Notes under the pieces: generated by a model | Told to the model about the DNA's origin: nothing | The model's input: the letters and a program-made list of their open reading frames with translations, nothing else | The model's database searches: none | Shown here: positions 46,901-56,539 of the stretch, piece by piece | Layout: each line of letters opens with the position of its first letter | Numbering within the stretch: the first letter of the stretch is position 1 | Source: Candidatus Kerfeldbacteria bacterium | GTDB lineage: Bacteria; Patescibacteriota; Patescibacteriia; SBBC01 | Length of the DNA stretch: 64,000 nt | Direction of reading: 5' to 3' | Assembly: GCA_043799405.1 (NCBI GenBank) | Contig: JAZDNT010000003.1 | Span: 143,461-207,460 of the forward strand | Translations under genes and position numbers: made by a program

Positions 46901-48121
46901 TTATTCGTACTTTAGTGCCTCGATAGGTTTAAGGCGCGCTGCGCGTCGCGCAGGATAAAAACCGAAGATGATACCGACAAGCGCCGCGACACCGAACGCC
47001 ATGCCGACAGAGGTCCACGTGACCTTTGCCGTGACCAAACCGGCCTTTGTCACCCCAAAGGCTACACCCCAGCCTAAGAGTATCCCGACGATGCCGCCGA
47101 TGAACGTCAACGTGACGGCTTCGGCAAGGAACTGCATGCTGATATCGCTGCTCTTCGCGCCGACTGCTTTCCGCAAACCGATCTCTCGCGTTCGTTCCGT
47201 CACCGACGTCAGCATCATGTTCATGATGCCGATGCCGCCGACGAGCAGGGATATGCCAGCGATAGATCCGAGCAGGATGGACAGCGTGTTAGTCACGCTC
47301 GACAAGCTGGAAACGAGATCTGCCTGGTTCACGACCGTAAAATCGGCAAGCGTAGAATCGCTGATGTTGTGACGCTCCAGGAGAAGCGCGGTGATATCTT
47401 GTTTAACAGTACTCGTCGTCTTCTGACTGCTCGCTTGGACGTCTATGCTGCTGATCGACGTTTTCCCGGCAAGGAAACGTTGCGCAGCACTCACAGGAAC
47501 GTAGATGTACTGGTCGGGGTTGTTGAATCCAGCTCCGCCCTTCGTAGTGGTTAGCCCGACAATCTTGAACTGGATCTTGTTGATCTTGATCGTCATGCCG
47601 ATCGGATCCGTACCCTCACCGAAGAGGTCATCCCTGACGGTTGGCCCTATGACCGCGACCTTCGTGTAGTCTTTTACCTGCTGGTCGGTTATGAACGTAC
47701 CTGACGCGATCGACACGTTACGGATACCGGCGTAGCTCGATTCCGTGCCGATGACCTGCGTGTTCGTGTTATTACCCTTGTAGGTCACCTGGTAGCGACG
47801 TGAGAGCTCAACAGCTACCGCATCGATGTTCTGCAATTCGGTCCTGATCGCCTCAGCGTCGGTCTTCGTCAGCGTTGTTGCGCTGCCGAAACCTCCGCTT
47901 ACCAGTCCGGCGTTCCGTGATGCGCCTGGTGAAACGGTTAGTAAATTTGTCCCGAGCGAGGAAATGCTCGAGGTAACGGACGAGGTCGCGCCCTGTCCGA
48001 CACCAACAAGCGCGATCACCGAGCTTATCCCGATGACGATACCGAGCATCGTGAGGCCGGACCTGACCTTGTTCCCCGATAGCGCAGCGTACGTTTCTGT
48101 GAACAGGTCGCCCACCATCAT
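46901..48121 (-). CDS. ABC transporter permease, MacB/FtsX family
   Basis: 406 aa with an N-terminal TM helix, a large periplasmic MacB-like domain and a C-terminal FtsX 3-TM bundle (TERTREIGLRKAVGA). Confidence 0.9.
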   Translation of the reverse strand: MMVGDLFTETYAALSGNKVRSGLTMLGIVIGISSVIALVGVGQGATSSVTSSISSLGTNLLTVSPGASRNAGLVSGGFGSATTLTKTDAEAIRTELQNIDAVAVELSRRYQVTYKGNNTNTQVIGTESSYAGIRNVSIASGTFITDQQVKDYTKVAVIGPTVRDDLFGEGTDPIGMTIKINKIQFKIVGLTTTKGGAGFNNPDQYIYVPVSAAQRFLAGKTSISSIDVQASSQKTTSTVKQDITALLLERHNISDSTLADFTVVNQADLVSSLSSVTNTLSILLGSIAGISLLVGGIGIMNMMLTSVTERTREIGLRKAVGAKSSDISMQFLAEAVTLTFIGGIVGILLGWGVAFGVTKAGLVTAKVTWTSVGMAFGVAALVGIIFGFYPARRAARLKPIEALKYE

Positions 48122-48840
48122 ACGGGTATCCCTTCCTTCACCGGCCGGTGCTCGTGGTTCGGCCGGTCTTCGACAATGGTCCCATCCAGTATCTGGATGA
48201 CGCGGTTGGCGTGCGCGGCGACGTACTGGTCGTGGGTGATGAGCACGACCGTTCTTCCGCCGTCGTTCAATTTCTGGAACGTCTCTAGGACGATCTGCCC
48301 TGTTTTCTGATCGAGGTTACCGGTCGGTTCATCGGCGAGGAGTATCTTCGGATCGTTCACCAGCGCGCGTGCGATCGCAACGCGCTGCATCTGCCCGCCG
48401 GACAGTTGGTTCGACCGATGGTGGTCGTGCGATGCTTCCATGCCGGTGTTGCGTAGCACCTGTTTCGTCCGTTTCAAACGTTCCTTCAGCAGTGTCTTCG
48501 TGTAGATGAGCGGGAGCTGGACGTTCCTCTCTACGGTCATCCGCGGCAGGAGGTTGAACGACTGGAACACGAACCCGATCTTTCGCCCTCGCACATCGGC
48601 TAACTCGTTATCGGTCAGCTTAGACACATCATGACCGTCAAGAAAGTACGTTCCGGTCGACGGCGAATCGAGCGCGCCGAGAATGTGCATGAGCGTCGAC
48701 TTCCCTGAGCCTGAGGGGCCGATGATCGCAACGAACTCCCCCTCTTGTATTCCGAACGTCAATCCTTTCAGTACGGTCGTGCTGACATCACCGGTAACGA
48801 ACGTCTTCGTGATGTTCTTGCAGGAAATGATCGTTTTCAT
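48118..48840 (-). CDS. ABC transporter ATP-binding protein (MacB/LolD-type)
   Basis: Walker [10 protein letters not shown], signature LSGGQMQR and Walker [13 protein letters not shown]. Confidence 0.93.
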   Translation of the reverse strand: MKTIISCKNITKTFVTGDVSTTVLKGLTFGIQEGEFVAIIGPSGSGKSTLMHILGALDSPSTGTYFLDGHDVSKLTDNELADVRGRKIGFVFQSFNLLPRMTVERNVQLPLIYTKTLLKERLKRTKQVLRNTGMEASHDHHRSNQLSGGQMQRVAIARALVNDPKILLADEPTGNLDQKTGQIVLETFQKLNDGGRTVVLITHDQYVAAHANRVIQILDGTIVEDRPNHEHRPVKEGIPV

Positions 48841-48847
48841 GCTGGTG

Positions 48848-50272
48848 TTACCTTCCCATGATCACGCCTGCTCCACTGCTAGGACCGCCCGTTTCAACGA
48901 AGCCCGGCATATCAGAACGCCTGGTCGATGAGCTGTTCGTATTCGATGAGCTAGAACTCGATGTGATTGTCTGGGTTACGACAGTGTCTCCCTCGGACAA
49001 TCCCGAGGTGATTTCCGTTGCGGTATCGCTTGAAACACCGGTGGTCACCGTACGGCTGGCCGGCGTTCCGTCGACCATCACCTGTACGTACGAAGTTCCG
49101 TCGCTCTGCGATTTCACCGCTGTCGACGTCACGCAGAGCACGTCCTGCTTGACGTTCGTTGTGATGACTGCGTTGACGCTCATTTCCGGACGGACCTTGC
49201 TACTGAGCGAATCAAAACCGATGGTTGCAGAATAGGTGACTACGCCCTGGCTCGCGGTTCCCGCCGTATCGACTTTCTCAACCTTCCCCGTGAGCGACTG
49301 GTCGCTGATCGCATCGAACGTCATCGTGGCCTTCTGACCGACGGCAACGTCGGCGATATCGACCTCGTTGATCGATACGACCGCCTTGAGCGTCGAGAGG
49401 TCCTGAATGACGGCTTCGTTCGACGCGGTTGAGGCCGAACTAGCGGATGACGCGGCGCCGCTTCCAAGCGTATCGCCATTAGCGACGCTCAGTGCCGTTA
49501 CGGTTCCGTTAATCGGTGCGGTAACCGTCCGTTCAGCGGCCGTTTCTTTCTGATCGTTCAGATCTGCAAGCGCACTCGCAACACCCTGCTTTGCCACGTC
49601 AACGCTCGTCTTTGCCGCGTTCAGTTGTGCCTTCGCCGTCTTTACCGCCGAGCCGGTACCGGCGACGATCTGGTCGTACGCAAGCTGGGCGCTGTCGATG
49701 TCATCTTGGTTCGTCTCGATAGTAGCTTGATCCACGGCGACCTTCTGTAGGAGCTCTGCATCGCTGGGGCTGGCGCTCAAGGCAGTCTGATCCTTGGTCA
49801 GCTGTGACTGCGACTGCACCAGTGTCAGCTTCGCCTTCTCGAGTGTAGCGAGCGTCTTCGCTTTTGCGACACTTCCGGTCTGCGTCTCATATGTCACCTT
49901 TGCCGCATCGTAGGCAGCCTGTGCGTTCACGAGCGACTGCTTGGCCTGCACGTAGCTCGTGTTCGCTTTCTGTACGGTGATGTCGAGCTGGTCGTTCTTT
50001 ATTGAAAAAAGCGTTTGCCCCTTCTTGACCTTATCGCCGACGCTGACCCTCGCGTTCTCAACTGTTCCGGAAATACTCGGATTCACATTTACGCTGTCAT
50101 GAACGACGATATTGCCACTGCCGGACACCGTAGCAGTCAGAGTTCCTTTCGCCACCTGTTCCGTCTTATAGGTAACCGCGGATGACTTCTTTTTAAAACG
50201 CGCAACGATGAACGGTGTTGCAACTCCAATAACGATCACGACGATAAGCATCAAACGGAGGTATTTTCGCAT
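48848..50272 (-). CDS. Efflux periplasmic adaptor (HlyD/MacA family)
   Basis: 474 aa with an N-terminal anchor, a lipoyl-like motif (VKKGQTLFSI), a long Ala/Gln-rich coiled coil and beta-barrel domains. Confidence 0.85.
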   Translation of the reverse strand: MRKYLRLMLIVVIVIGVATPFIVARFKKKSSAVTYKTEQVAKGTLTATVSGSGNIVVHDSVNVNPSISGTVENARVSVGDKVKKGQTLFSIKNDQLDITVQKANTSYVQAKQSLVNAQAAYDAAKVTYETQTGSVAKAKTLATLEKAKLTLVQSQSQLTKDQTALSASPSDAELLQKVAVDQATIETNQDDIDSAQLAYDQIVAGTGSAVKTAKAQLNAAKTSVDVAKQGVASALADLNDQKETAAERTVTAPINGTVTALSVANGDTLGSGAASSASSASTASNEAVIQDLSTLKAVVSINEVDIADVAVGQKATMTFDAISDQSLTGKVEKVDTAGTASQGVVTYSATIGFDSLSSKVRPEMSVNAVITTNVKQDVLCVTSTAVKSQSDGTSYVQVMVDGTPASRTVTTGVSSDTATEITSGLSEGDTVVTQTITSSSSSSNTNSSSTRRSDMPGFVETGGPSSGAGVIMGR

Positions 50273-50340
50273 ACAAATGTGTGGATAAAATATGAGAGAT
50301 AGGTTAATGTTATTGGAAAAACCTGAACATTGCCTGAACG

Positions 50341-51378
50341 TCAGGATACGTTGCGTAGTAGCGTTACGGTTACAGTTGTTCCCTTACTGACAACGCTACT
50401 GATTTCTATCGCACCGTGGTGCTGATCCACGATCTGCTTTGCGATCGACAGGCCGAGCCCATACCCATCCGCTTCTTTTTTTGACCGCGATGCGCTCGCA
50501 CGGTAAAATCTACGGAACACATACGGAAGGTCGGATGCAGAGATCCCGATCCCCTCGTCGGTAACGGCAACCACCATACGCCTATCTTTTTTCGTCTCGG
50601 TGATCTTCACGGTCGTTCGTTCTGCACTGTACTTGACCGCATTATCGAGGAGTATGGAAAAGAGCTGTATAAGACTCATCCGATCACCAGTTGTTTTCCC
50701 AGAAAGTGTATTGCGTTGAATGGTAATGTTCTTCTGTTCCGCAGTTGTTCCAACACGATGACACGCCTCGTCAATGACCTCCGAAAGTTCCACAGGCTCG
50801 AGCGGCGTGTGCTTTTGCTCGTCCTCATGACGCGCGAGTTGCAGAAGTGAACTTGAAAGCACAGTCAGCTTACCGACTTCCTCAAGCGCGCTCTTTAGCG
50901 CCCGCGTATGTTCAGTACTGTCTTTTTCCTTTAACGCAACCTCGATCTCGGTCTTCATCGCGGTGAGCGGCGTTCGTAGTTCGTGTGACGCGTCAGCGAC
51001 GAACCGGCGCTGCTCATCGAGCGCATCCTCGATCGGACGGAGCGTACGCTTCGCAAGGAAGTAGCTCACTAATCCCGCCCCGAACAGTATCGCCAGGTTT
51101 ACGAAGATCAGCTGGTTCCGGACCCTTCCGGTAACGTCCTCGTACCGCTGGATGAACAACTGCTCTGTCTGGTCGTCAAAGAGCGGAGCGAACCGCGACC
51201 CCGGACCCATCATGGCATCCGGTCCCCTTACAAAGCCCTGCCTGAACGGTACCGTGGTCTGCCGATAGCAGATGACGCTGAAGGTAACGCTTATCACCAT
51301 AATGATCAGGGTGTACCACACCGTGAGCTGTACGACCGGCGGTACCCTCATTCTCATGAGAGAAGAGAGGAATTTCAT
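50341..51378 (-). CDS. Sensor histidine kinase (HisKA + HATPase_c)
   Basis: H-box FVADASHELRTPLT, an N/G boxes region (LDNAVKYS ... DEGIGI ... GYGLGLSI) and two N-terminal TM helices. Confidence 0.9.
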   Translation of the reverse strand: MKFLSSLMRMRVPPVVQLTVWYTLIIMVISVTFSVICYRQTTVPFRQGFVRGPDAMMGPGSRFAPLFDDQTEQLFIQRYEDVTGRVRNQLIFVNLAILFGAGLVSYFLAKRTLRPIEDALDEQRRFVADASHELRTPLTAMKTEIEVALKEKDSTEHTRALKSALEEVGKLTVLSSSLLQLARHEDEQKHTPLEPVELSEVIDEACHRVGTTAEQKNITIQRNTLSGKTTGDRMSLIQLFSILLDNAVKYSAERTTVKITETKKDRRMVVAVTDEGIGISASDLPYVFRRFYRASASRSKKEADGYGLGLSIAKQIVDQHHGAIEISSVVSKGTTVTVTLLRNVS

Positions 51379-52049
51379 GCTATGAGACGATATCCGAAGC
51401 CGCGAACGGTGTGGATGAGCTTCGGTCCTTTGAACGGCTGATCTATCTTCTGCCGCAGTGACGCAATGAACGCCTCGACCGTATTCGGAAGGATATCGGC
51501 GTCAAAATCCCAGACATGGGCGATGATCTGCTCCTTGCTTAAGATGCGCCCCTTGTTTCGCATGAGGTACTCGAGAAGCGCGAACTCCTTTTTCGAAAGC
51601 GCGATCTCGTTCCCTTCCCGCCGAACAATGAACGTCGCGGGGTTAAGCTCAAGGTCAGAGGCTTTCAGCGTCGTTCCAAGCGCCGCCTCGGGACGGCGGA
51701 GGAGCGCCCGGATGCGCGCAAGAAGCTCTTCGAACGAGAACGGTTTTACGAGGTAGTCGTCGGCGCCGCAGTCCAACCCGTCAACGCGGTCCTTCGTGCT
51801 GTCACGGGCAGTGAGCAGCAGGATCGGCTGGCGCATCTTCTTCTCTCGCACAGCGCGGCATATCTCGAGCCCGTCAGAAATGTTCGGAAGCATCCGGTCG
51901 AGTATCATGAGATCGTACTTGCCGACGAGCGCCCTGCCGTACCCTTCACGGCCGTCGTACATGACATCAACGGCGTATGCCTCCTGTTCAAGGCCCCGTT
52001 TCAAAGCATTGGCGATCTTTTGCTCGTCTTCTATCAGTAAAATCCGCAT
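51375..52049 (-). CDS. OmpR-family response regulator
   Basis: Receiver domain (MRILLIEDE...LMILDRMLP...LLLTAR) plus a winged-helix C-terminus (TVRGFGYRL). The ORF is open to 52067. Confidence 0.92.
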   Translation of the reverse strand: MRILLIEDEQKIANALKRGLEQEAYAVDVMYDGREGYGRALVGKYDLMILDRMLPNISDGLEICRAVREKKMRQPILLLTARDSTKDRVDGLDCGADDYLVKPFSFEELLARIRALLRRPEAALGTTLKASDLELNPATFIVRREGNEIALSKKEFALLEYLMRNKGRILSKEQIIAHVWDFDADILPNTVEAFIASLRQKIDQPFKGPKLIHTVRGFGYRLIA

Positions 52050-52212
52050 ATTTGCATAGTGTACCACGAACCTGAAAGTTACCTGAAAATACCCCTACGA
52101 TAACGTTTTCTACCTGTTTCGCTTGCTAATATGTGTTTTTCTTGAGATACTGTACAGCGTTAGCAAGCGCCAATACCCCGTGCGCATCTGCACAAGCGTA
52201 ATGATATCCATA

Positions 52213-52239
52213 AGGTTTCGAATCCCCTTGGGCTCGCCA
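52213..52239 (+). repeat. 3' fragment of tRNA-Asp (direct repeat of 46053-46080)
   Basis: gtttcgaatccccttgggctcgcca versus tRNA-Asp ggttcgaatccccttgggcccgcca: 23 of 25 positions identical, in the same orientation. No matching 5' half lies upstream, so it is not a functional tRNA. Confidence 0.65.
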
Positions 52240-52291
52240 CTCAAACAACTGCAAACGAGCATAACGAACTGAAAAGAAGCTATTATCATCC

Positions 52292-52876
52292 ATGCATATA
52301 CATAATAAAAAAACCTATACAACTATCGCCATACTGATTGCTGGAATTGTTGTGATCGCTACAATGTGGGGGTTACGGCGTGCCGATATTCTTCATCTAC
52401 CAGGAAGCGAAAGTACTGGTGTCGTGTTTAGACTTTTTAATGGTGATACGGGCCAACTGATCCCAAATACGAAGATAACAATTTGTGACGATTCAATAAA
52501 ATATGACCGAATTGCCGTGGAAGGTGAAGTATATAATGGTACTTGCAGTGAACAGAAAGTATGGGGGCATACAACGACCGACCAAGAGGGAAAATTTTCT
52601 CTGAATATCAAGAACATCGACGTTGCGCCGCAAAACAACATCATTGTTGAATTAAGCGAGGACTATCATTACAGCACGTCCCTCTCTCGATCAGACACGC
52701 TCACCAATCATTACAGCCCCTCTCATCTTCGGGTCATAAACGCAGAGACGCCCTATCATCTCGTTTCCAATCTTATTTATAATCTCGACACAAAAGAGGT
52801 AAAAGAGATCTTCATAAATGGCGATCCGGAAAGAACCTATACTTACGATGTGATCGATCTCAAAGTATTTAAATAA
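52292..52876 (+). CDS. Hypothetical membrane-anchored protein, AT-rich gene
   Basis: 194 aa with an N-terminal TM helix. The TTDQEGKFSL segment is reminiscent of carboxypeptidase-regulatory-like beta-sandwiches. GC is low. Confidence 0.55.
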   Translation: MHIHNKKTYTTIAILIAGIVVIATMWGLRRADILHLPGSESTGVVFRLFNGDTGQLIPNTKITICDDSIKYDRIAVEGEVYNGTCSEQKVWGHTTTDQEGKFSLNIKNIDVAPQNNIIVELSEDYHYSTSLSRSDTLTNHYSPSHLRVINAETPYHLVSNLIYNLDTKEVKEIFINGDPERTYTYDVIDLKVFK

Positions 52877-53003
52877 TACGTCCTGACCAACATACCTCAA
52901 ATTACCCTCTAGAAAAATGACTGAAAAACCCTTATAATGCTTGCGCCGGTGGGGTACCTAACCCAAGTGGCTCGCAAAACTATTCATAATAAATTCAAAG
53001 CGC

Positions 53004-54032
53004 ATGTCCAAAACGCCAACAAAGAAAGATCTCCTAAAAGAAACGATCGAACACATCGACATTGCGAAGATCAACGCGACGCCGCTGATTGACGCATACC
53101 GCAAGATGTCGTTCTCCTCGCGCGACCTTGCGCGCGCAGCGGACATCTTCAATATGATGCTCCGCGACAAGGCCTCGTCCTCCTGGCTCACGATCGCAGG
53201 CTCGACGAGCGCCGCCGGCTGCATGCAAGCGTACGTGGATATGGTCAAGCTCGGCATGGTCGATTGCATAGTCGCAACCGGCGCAACTATCGTAGACATG
53301 GACTTCTTCGAAGCGCTCGGATTCAAGCACTACAAGGGAACCCCTTTCATTGATGACGGTCTGCTTCGCTCACTCTACATCGACCGGATCTACGACACGT
53401 TCATTGATGAAGAGGAGCTGCAGGAGTGCGACAAGACCGTCCGGATCATCGCCGATTCGCTCATGCCGCGACCATACTCTTCCCGTGAGTTCATCCGGGA
53501 GATGGGCAAGTGGCTCACGAAGAACTCGAAGAAGAAGGAATCGCTCATCCAGGTAGCCTACGAGCACAACGTCCCGATCTTCTGCCCGGCATTCTCCGAT
53601 TCATCGGCAGGTTTCGGCCTCGTTATGCACCAAACTGAACGCCCCGACAAGCATGTGTCGATCGATTCGGTCGCCGACTTCCGCGAGCTCACCGAGATCA
53701 AGCTTAAAAGCAAGGAATCAGGACTGCTCATGGTCGGCGGCGGAGTACCGAAGAACTTTGCGCAGGACACGGTCGTCTGCGCTGAGGTATTGGGCCACGA
53801 AGTACCGGTCCACAAGTACGCGATCCAATTGACCGTTGCCGACGTGCGCGACGGCGCATGCTCGTCCTCGACCTTGAAGGAAGCGAGCTCATGGGGAAAG
53901 GTGTCGACCGTGTACGAGCAGATGGTCTACGCTGAAGCGACCATGTCGCTCCCGCTCATCGCAGCGTATGCATATGAGAAGGGGTCGTGGAAAGACCGCA
54001 AACCGCGCGAGTTTAGTAAGTTGTTCAACTAA
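53004..54032 (+). CDS. Deoxyhypusine synthase-like protein
   Basis: 342 aa. The blocks TIAGSTSAAG, DCIVATGATIVDMDF, IDRIYDTFIDEEEL and MVGGGVPKNFAQDT match the DHS/homospermidine-synthase-like family. Confidence 0.85.
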   Translation: MSKTPTKKDLLKETIEHIDIAKINATPLIDAYRKMSFSSRDLARAADIFNMMLRDKASSSWLTIAGSTSAAGCMQAYVDMVKLGMVDCIVATGATIVDMDFFEALGFKHYKGTPFIDDGLLRSLYIDRIYDTFIDEEELQECDKTVRIIADSLMPRPYSSREFIREMGKWLTKNSKKKESLIQVAYEHNVPIFCPAFSDSSAGFGLVMHQTERPDKHVSIDSVADFRELTEIKLKSKESGLLMVGGGVPKNFAQDTVVCAEVLGHEVPVHKYAIQLTVADVRDGACSSSTLKEASSWGKVSTVYEQMVYAEATMSLPLIAAYAYEKGSWKDRKPREFSKLFN

Positions 54033-54038
54033 TTTCTG

Positions 54039-54106
54039 TACCTCCCCCGCCTGTCGGCGATCCCCTCCTAAACTAGGAGGGGATACCGCGAAGCGGAAGG
54101 GAGGTA
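54039..54106. repeat. Compound hairpin repeat, variant 2, with an outer stem
   Basis: Outer stem TACCTCCC (54039-54046) / GGGAGGTA (54099-54106). It encloses TCCCCTCCTA-aac-TAGGAGGGGA (54061-54083) and CCGC-gaa-GCGG. Confidence 0.8.
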
Positions 54107-54119
54107 TGTCAAACGTTAA

Positions 54120-55043
54120 ATGTCAAAAGTCACGAGTCAACTCCTCAAAGACACCGGCTCTCGGGGCTTCCTCAACCTCCCTGATCACAACGACTATCGG
54201 AGGTCTAAAGTCATTGTAGTACCGTTCGGTCTGGAAAAATCCGTCACGTTCGGTGGAGGAACCGCGAAAGGGCCCGACGCGATCATTGCTGCTAGCCACG
54301 AGGTCGAGCTCTATGACGAGGAGTTCCGCAAAGAGCCATACAAGCAGTACGGCATTTCGACGCTCAAGAAGTTCAAAATCGCGCCGTCGCAGAGGGCAGC
54401 GCTTGGCCAGCTCCGCGATATGACCGCTGCATTGCTAAAGAACCGAAAGTTCCCGGTCATCCTCGGCGGCGAGCACTCGTTGTCCGGAGGCTCGATGCAA
54501 GGCGTCGCAAAAGCGTTCCCGAAAGGGTTCAACGTTCTGCACTTTGACGCGCACACAGACCTCCGACCGTCGTACCAGGACAACCAATACAGCCACGCAT
54601 CAGCAATGCACCTCTGCATCCCCTACTTCCACCGTATTGCCCAGCTCGGCATACGCAACACTTCGTCCGAAGAACAGCCGGTCATCCGCCGTCTGCAACA
54701 ATCAAGACGGCTCATGCTCATCTCAGCAGAGGAAATCCTGCGCCGCAAGAACACTGGCTACCTCAACAAAACGATTGCGTTTCTCCGAACGAAACCCGTA
54801 TGGCTGTCGTTCGACGTTGACGTCTTCGATCCAGCAGTCATCGGTTCAAGCACTAGCACGCCCGAACCAGGCGGCCTCGGCTGGTACGAGACGCTCGACA
54901 TAGTGCGCGTCGCGACTAAAAAACTCAATTTCATCGGCGCAGAGTTTGTTGAACTGTCACCGCAAAAAGGACAACACGCGCCCGACTTCATGGTCGCGAA
55001 ACTCATCGCAACCTTCCTCAACTTCCGCTTCAGCCGCGCCTAA
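54120..55043 (+). CDS. speB: Agmatinase (ureohydrolase family)
   Basis: The ureohydrolase Mn-binding motifs GGEHSL, FDAHTDLRP and SFDVDVFDP are present. 307 aa. Confidence 0.88.
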   Translation: MSKVTSQLLKDTGSRGFLNLPDHNDYRRSKVIVVPFGLEKSVTFGGGTAKGPDAIIAASHEVELYDEEFRKEPYKQYGISTLKKFKIAPSQRAALGQLRDMTAALLKNRKFPVILGGEHSLSGGSMQGVAKAFPKGFNVLHFDAHTDLRPSYQDNQYSHASAMHLCIPYFHRIAQLGIRNTSSEEQPVIRRLQQSRRLMLISAEEILRRKNTGYLNKTIAFLRTKPVWLSFDVDVFDPAVIGSSTSTPEPGGLGWYETLDIVRVATKKLNFIGAEFVELSPQKGQHAPDFMVAKLIATFLNFRFSRA

Positions 55044-56041
55044 AAATTACGCCACAACCAGTACTCGTTCAACAGACGTTCTCTTATTTTGTGCGTACTG
55101 CCGTGTTTGAGTAGTCCCAAATAGGATCGTAATGTATCGTTCGTGGCATGTTCTTGAATCCGCCGCATCATTCCGCGTTTTGTCGTCGTTCGTAACACAC
55201 AATGTGCTGGGAAGTGAACCCAGCCGAGAAAATCGACACCGGAAGCAAGCGTTTTGATCGAGACTTTATTTGGGTGCAATGTCAGTCGAAGTTTTTGGGT
55301 TAAGTATTCTCGAATCTGTGGAACAAGATGCGCGAGCCAGTCGCGATTGTCGGATACAAAAACAAAATCATCAGCGTAGCGAATGTACCATTTTGTTCTC
55401 AGCCTGTGTTTCACCAATTGATCAAATTCATTCATGTAAACATTCACCAACAGCTGTGAAGTTAGGTTCCCCAACGGCAGTCCGGTTCCTAACGTGATCG
55501 AGAAGCTTTCTACAATATTTCGCAATAACGCCAGTATTCTTCGATCTGGTATGTATTGCGATAAAATACTAAGCAAAACTTGATGGTTAATAGTCGCAAA
55601 AAACTTTTTGATGTCACATTGTAACACCCAACAGGTTTTCGTGTTATTCTTGCTCACTTTCCGGCTTACCGCCCGAAAACGTTGAAGCGCTTTATGCGTT
55701 CCTTTGTTATCACGGCAAGAGTACGAATCGGAAAGAAACGTCCGATCAAAGAACGGGTATAACATTCGGTAGACTGCATGATGCAACAAACGGTCGCGAA
55801 CGCTTGCTTTATGAATAATACGGGGTTTTGGGTCAGTAATGTTAAAGCGTTCATACCCGCCGTGCCGGTATGTCCCATTGGCAAGCTCGGCGTGTAGCTG
55901 TAAGATATTATCCATCAGGTGGAGGGCGAAGTCCTGCACATCTGCTTTCGTGCGCTTACCCACGACAAATTCCTGCCAGGCCGCCAGCAGATTCTCAACT
56001 AAAATTATGTCTTCAAACCTATGAGTCAATTGCCGCTTCAT
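55040..56041 (-). CDS. Diversity-generating retroelement (DGR) reverse transcriptase
   Basis: 333 aa with RT motifs including YADDFVFV and the DGR-signature LGNLTSQ (I/LGxxxSQ). It lies next to an Avd-like gene and a TR/VR pair. Confidence 0.9.
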   Translation of the reverse strand: MKRQLTHRFEDIILVENLLAAWQEFVVGKRTKADVQDFALHLMDNILQLHAELANGTYRHGGYERFNITDPKPRIIHKASVRDRLLHHAVYRMLYPFFDRTFLSDSYSCRDNKGTHKALQRFRAVSRKVSKNNTKTCWVLQCDIKKFFATINHQVLLSILSQYIPDRRILALLRNIVESFSITLGTGLPLGNLTSQLLVNVYMNEFDQLVKHRLRTKWYIRYADDFVFVSDNRDWLAHLVPQIREYLTQKLRLTLHPNKVSIKTLASGVDFLGWVHFPAHCVLRTTTKRGMMRRIQEHATNDTLRSYLGLLKHGSTHKIRERLLNEYWLWRNF

Positions 56042-56220
56042 CCCGTTAGAAAGTTACCTCATTTCAATATTCATGAGACAATTACCTTTCACTTTCACTA
56101 TGGAACTTTCTAACGGGGTTCATACACCTCGTAGGTCACCCCCCCCCCAACGTTCAAAGCACACTCAACCTTCCGATTTTACAGAAAGCTGCCGATGCGT
56201 ACAAACTGTGGCACGGATTT

Positions 56221-56517
56221 TTGGAACATTTCCCACGTTTATCCCGTTTTACGCTGGGCGCCAGAATCGACACGCTGTTTTTGGAAACGGTCGAGTTGAT
56301 ACTCCTCGCTGGATATTCTAACAAAGCCCAGAAATTAGCCGTTGTACAGAGAGCGGGTACGAAACTCGACGCACTTAAATTCTTTTTACACATAGCTTGG
56401 GATCTTAAGGCTATAGACAATAAGAAATACATTTGTCTTTCTGAGCCGCTCACAGAAGTAGGAAAGATGCTTGGTGGTTGGCGTAGGCAATTACAAAACG
56501 AAACTCCCCCGGAGTAA
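56221..56517 (+). CDS. avd: DGR accessory variability determinant (Avd, four-helix-bundle protein)
   Basis: HFPRLSRFTLGARIDTLFLETVELILLAGY...KLDALKFFLHIAWDLKAIDNKKYICLSEPLTEVGKMLGGW is the Avd/23S-IVS-protein type. Homology (LPILQKAADAYKLWHGF) continues upstream of the TTG at 56221 in the same frame. The nearest ATG (56100) is in another frame across a C10 tract. Confidence 0.75.
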   Translation: MEHFPRLSRFTLGARIDTLFLETVELILLAGYSNKAQKLAVVQRAGTKLDALKFFLHIAWDLKAIDNKKYICLSEPLTEVGKMLGGWRRQLQNETPPE

Positions 56518-56539
56518 TCCGGAGGAGCGTGAAGAAAGT

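Noticed and set aside
56073-56321. 82-aa plus-strand ORF MRQLPFTFTMELSNG... as an independent gene
   Set aside because: Downstream of the C10 tract it reads the Avd gene out of frame. Only its first part (from ATG 56100) is considered, as a possible frameshifted Avd N-terminus.
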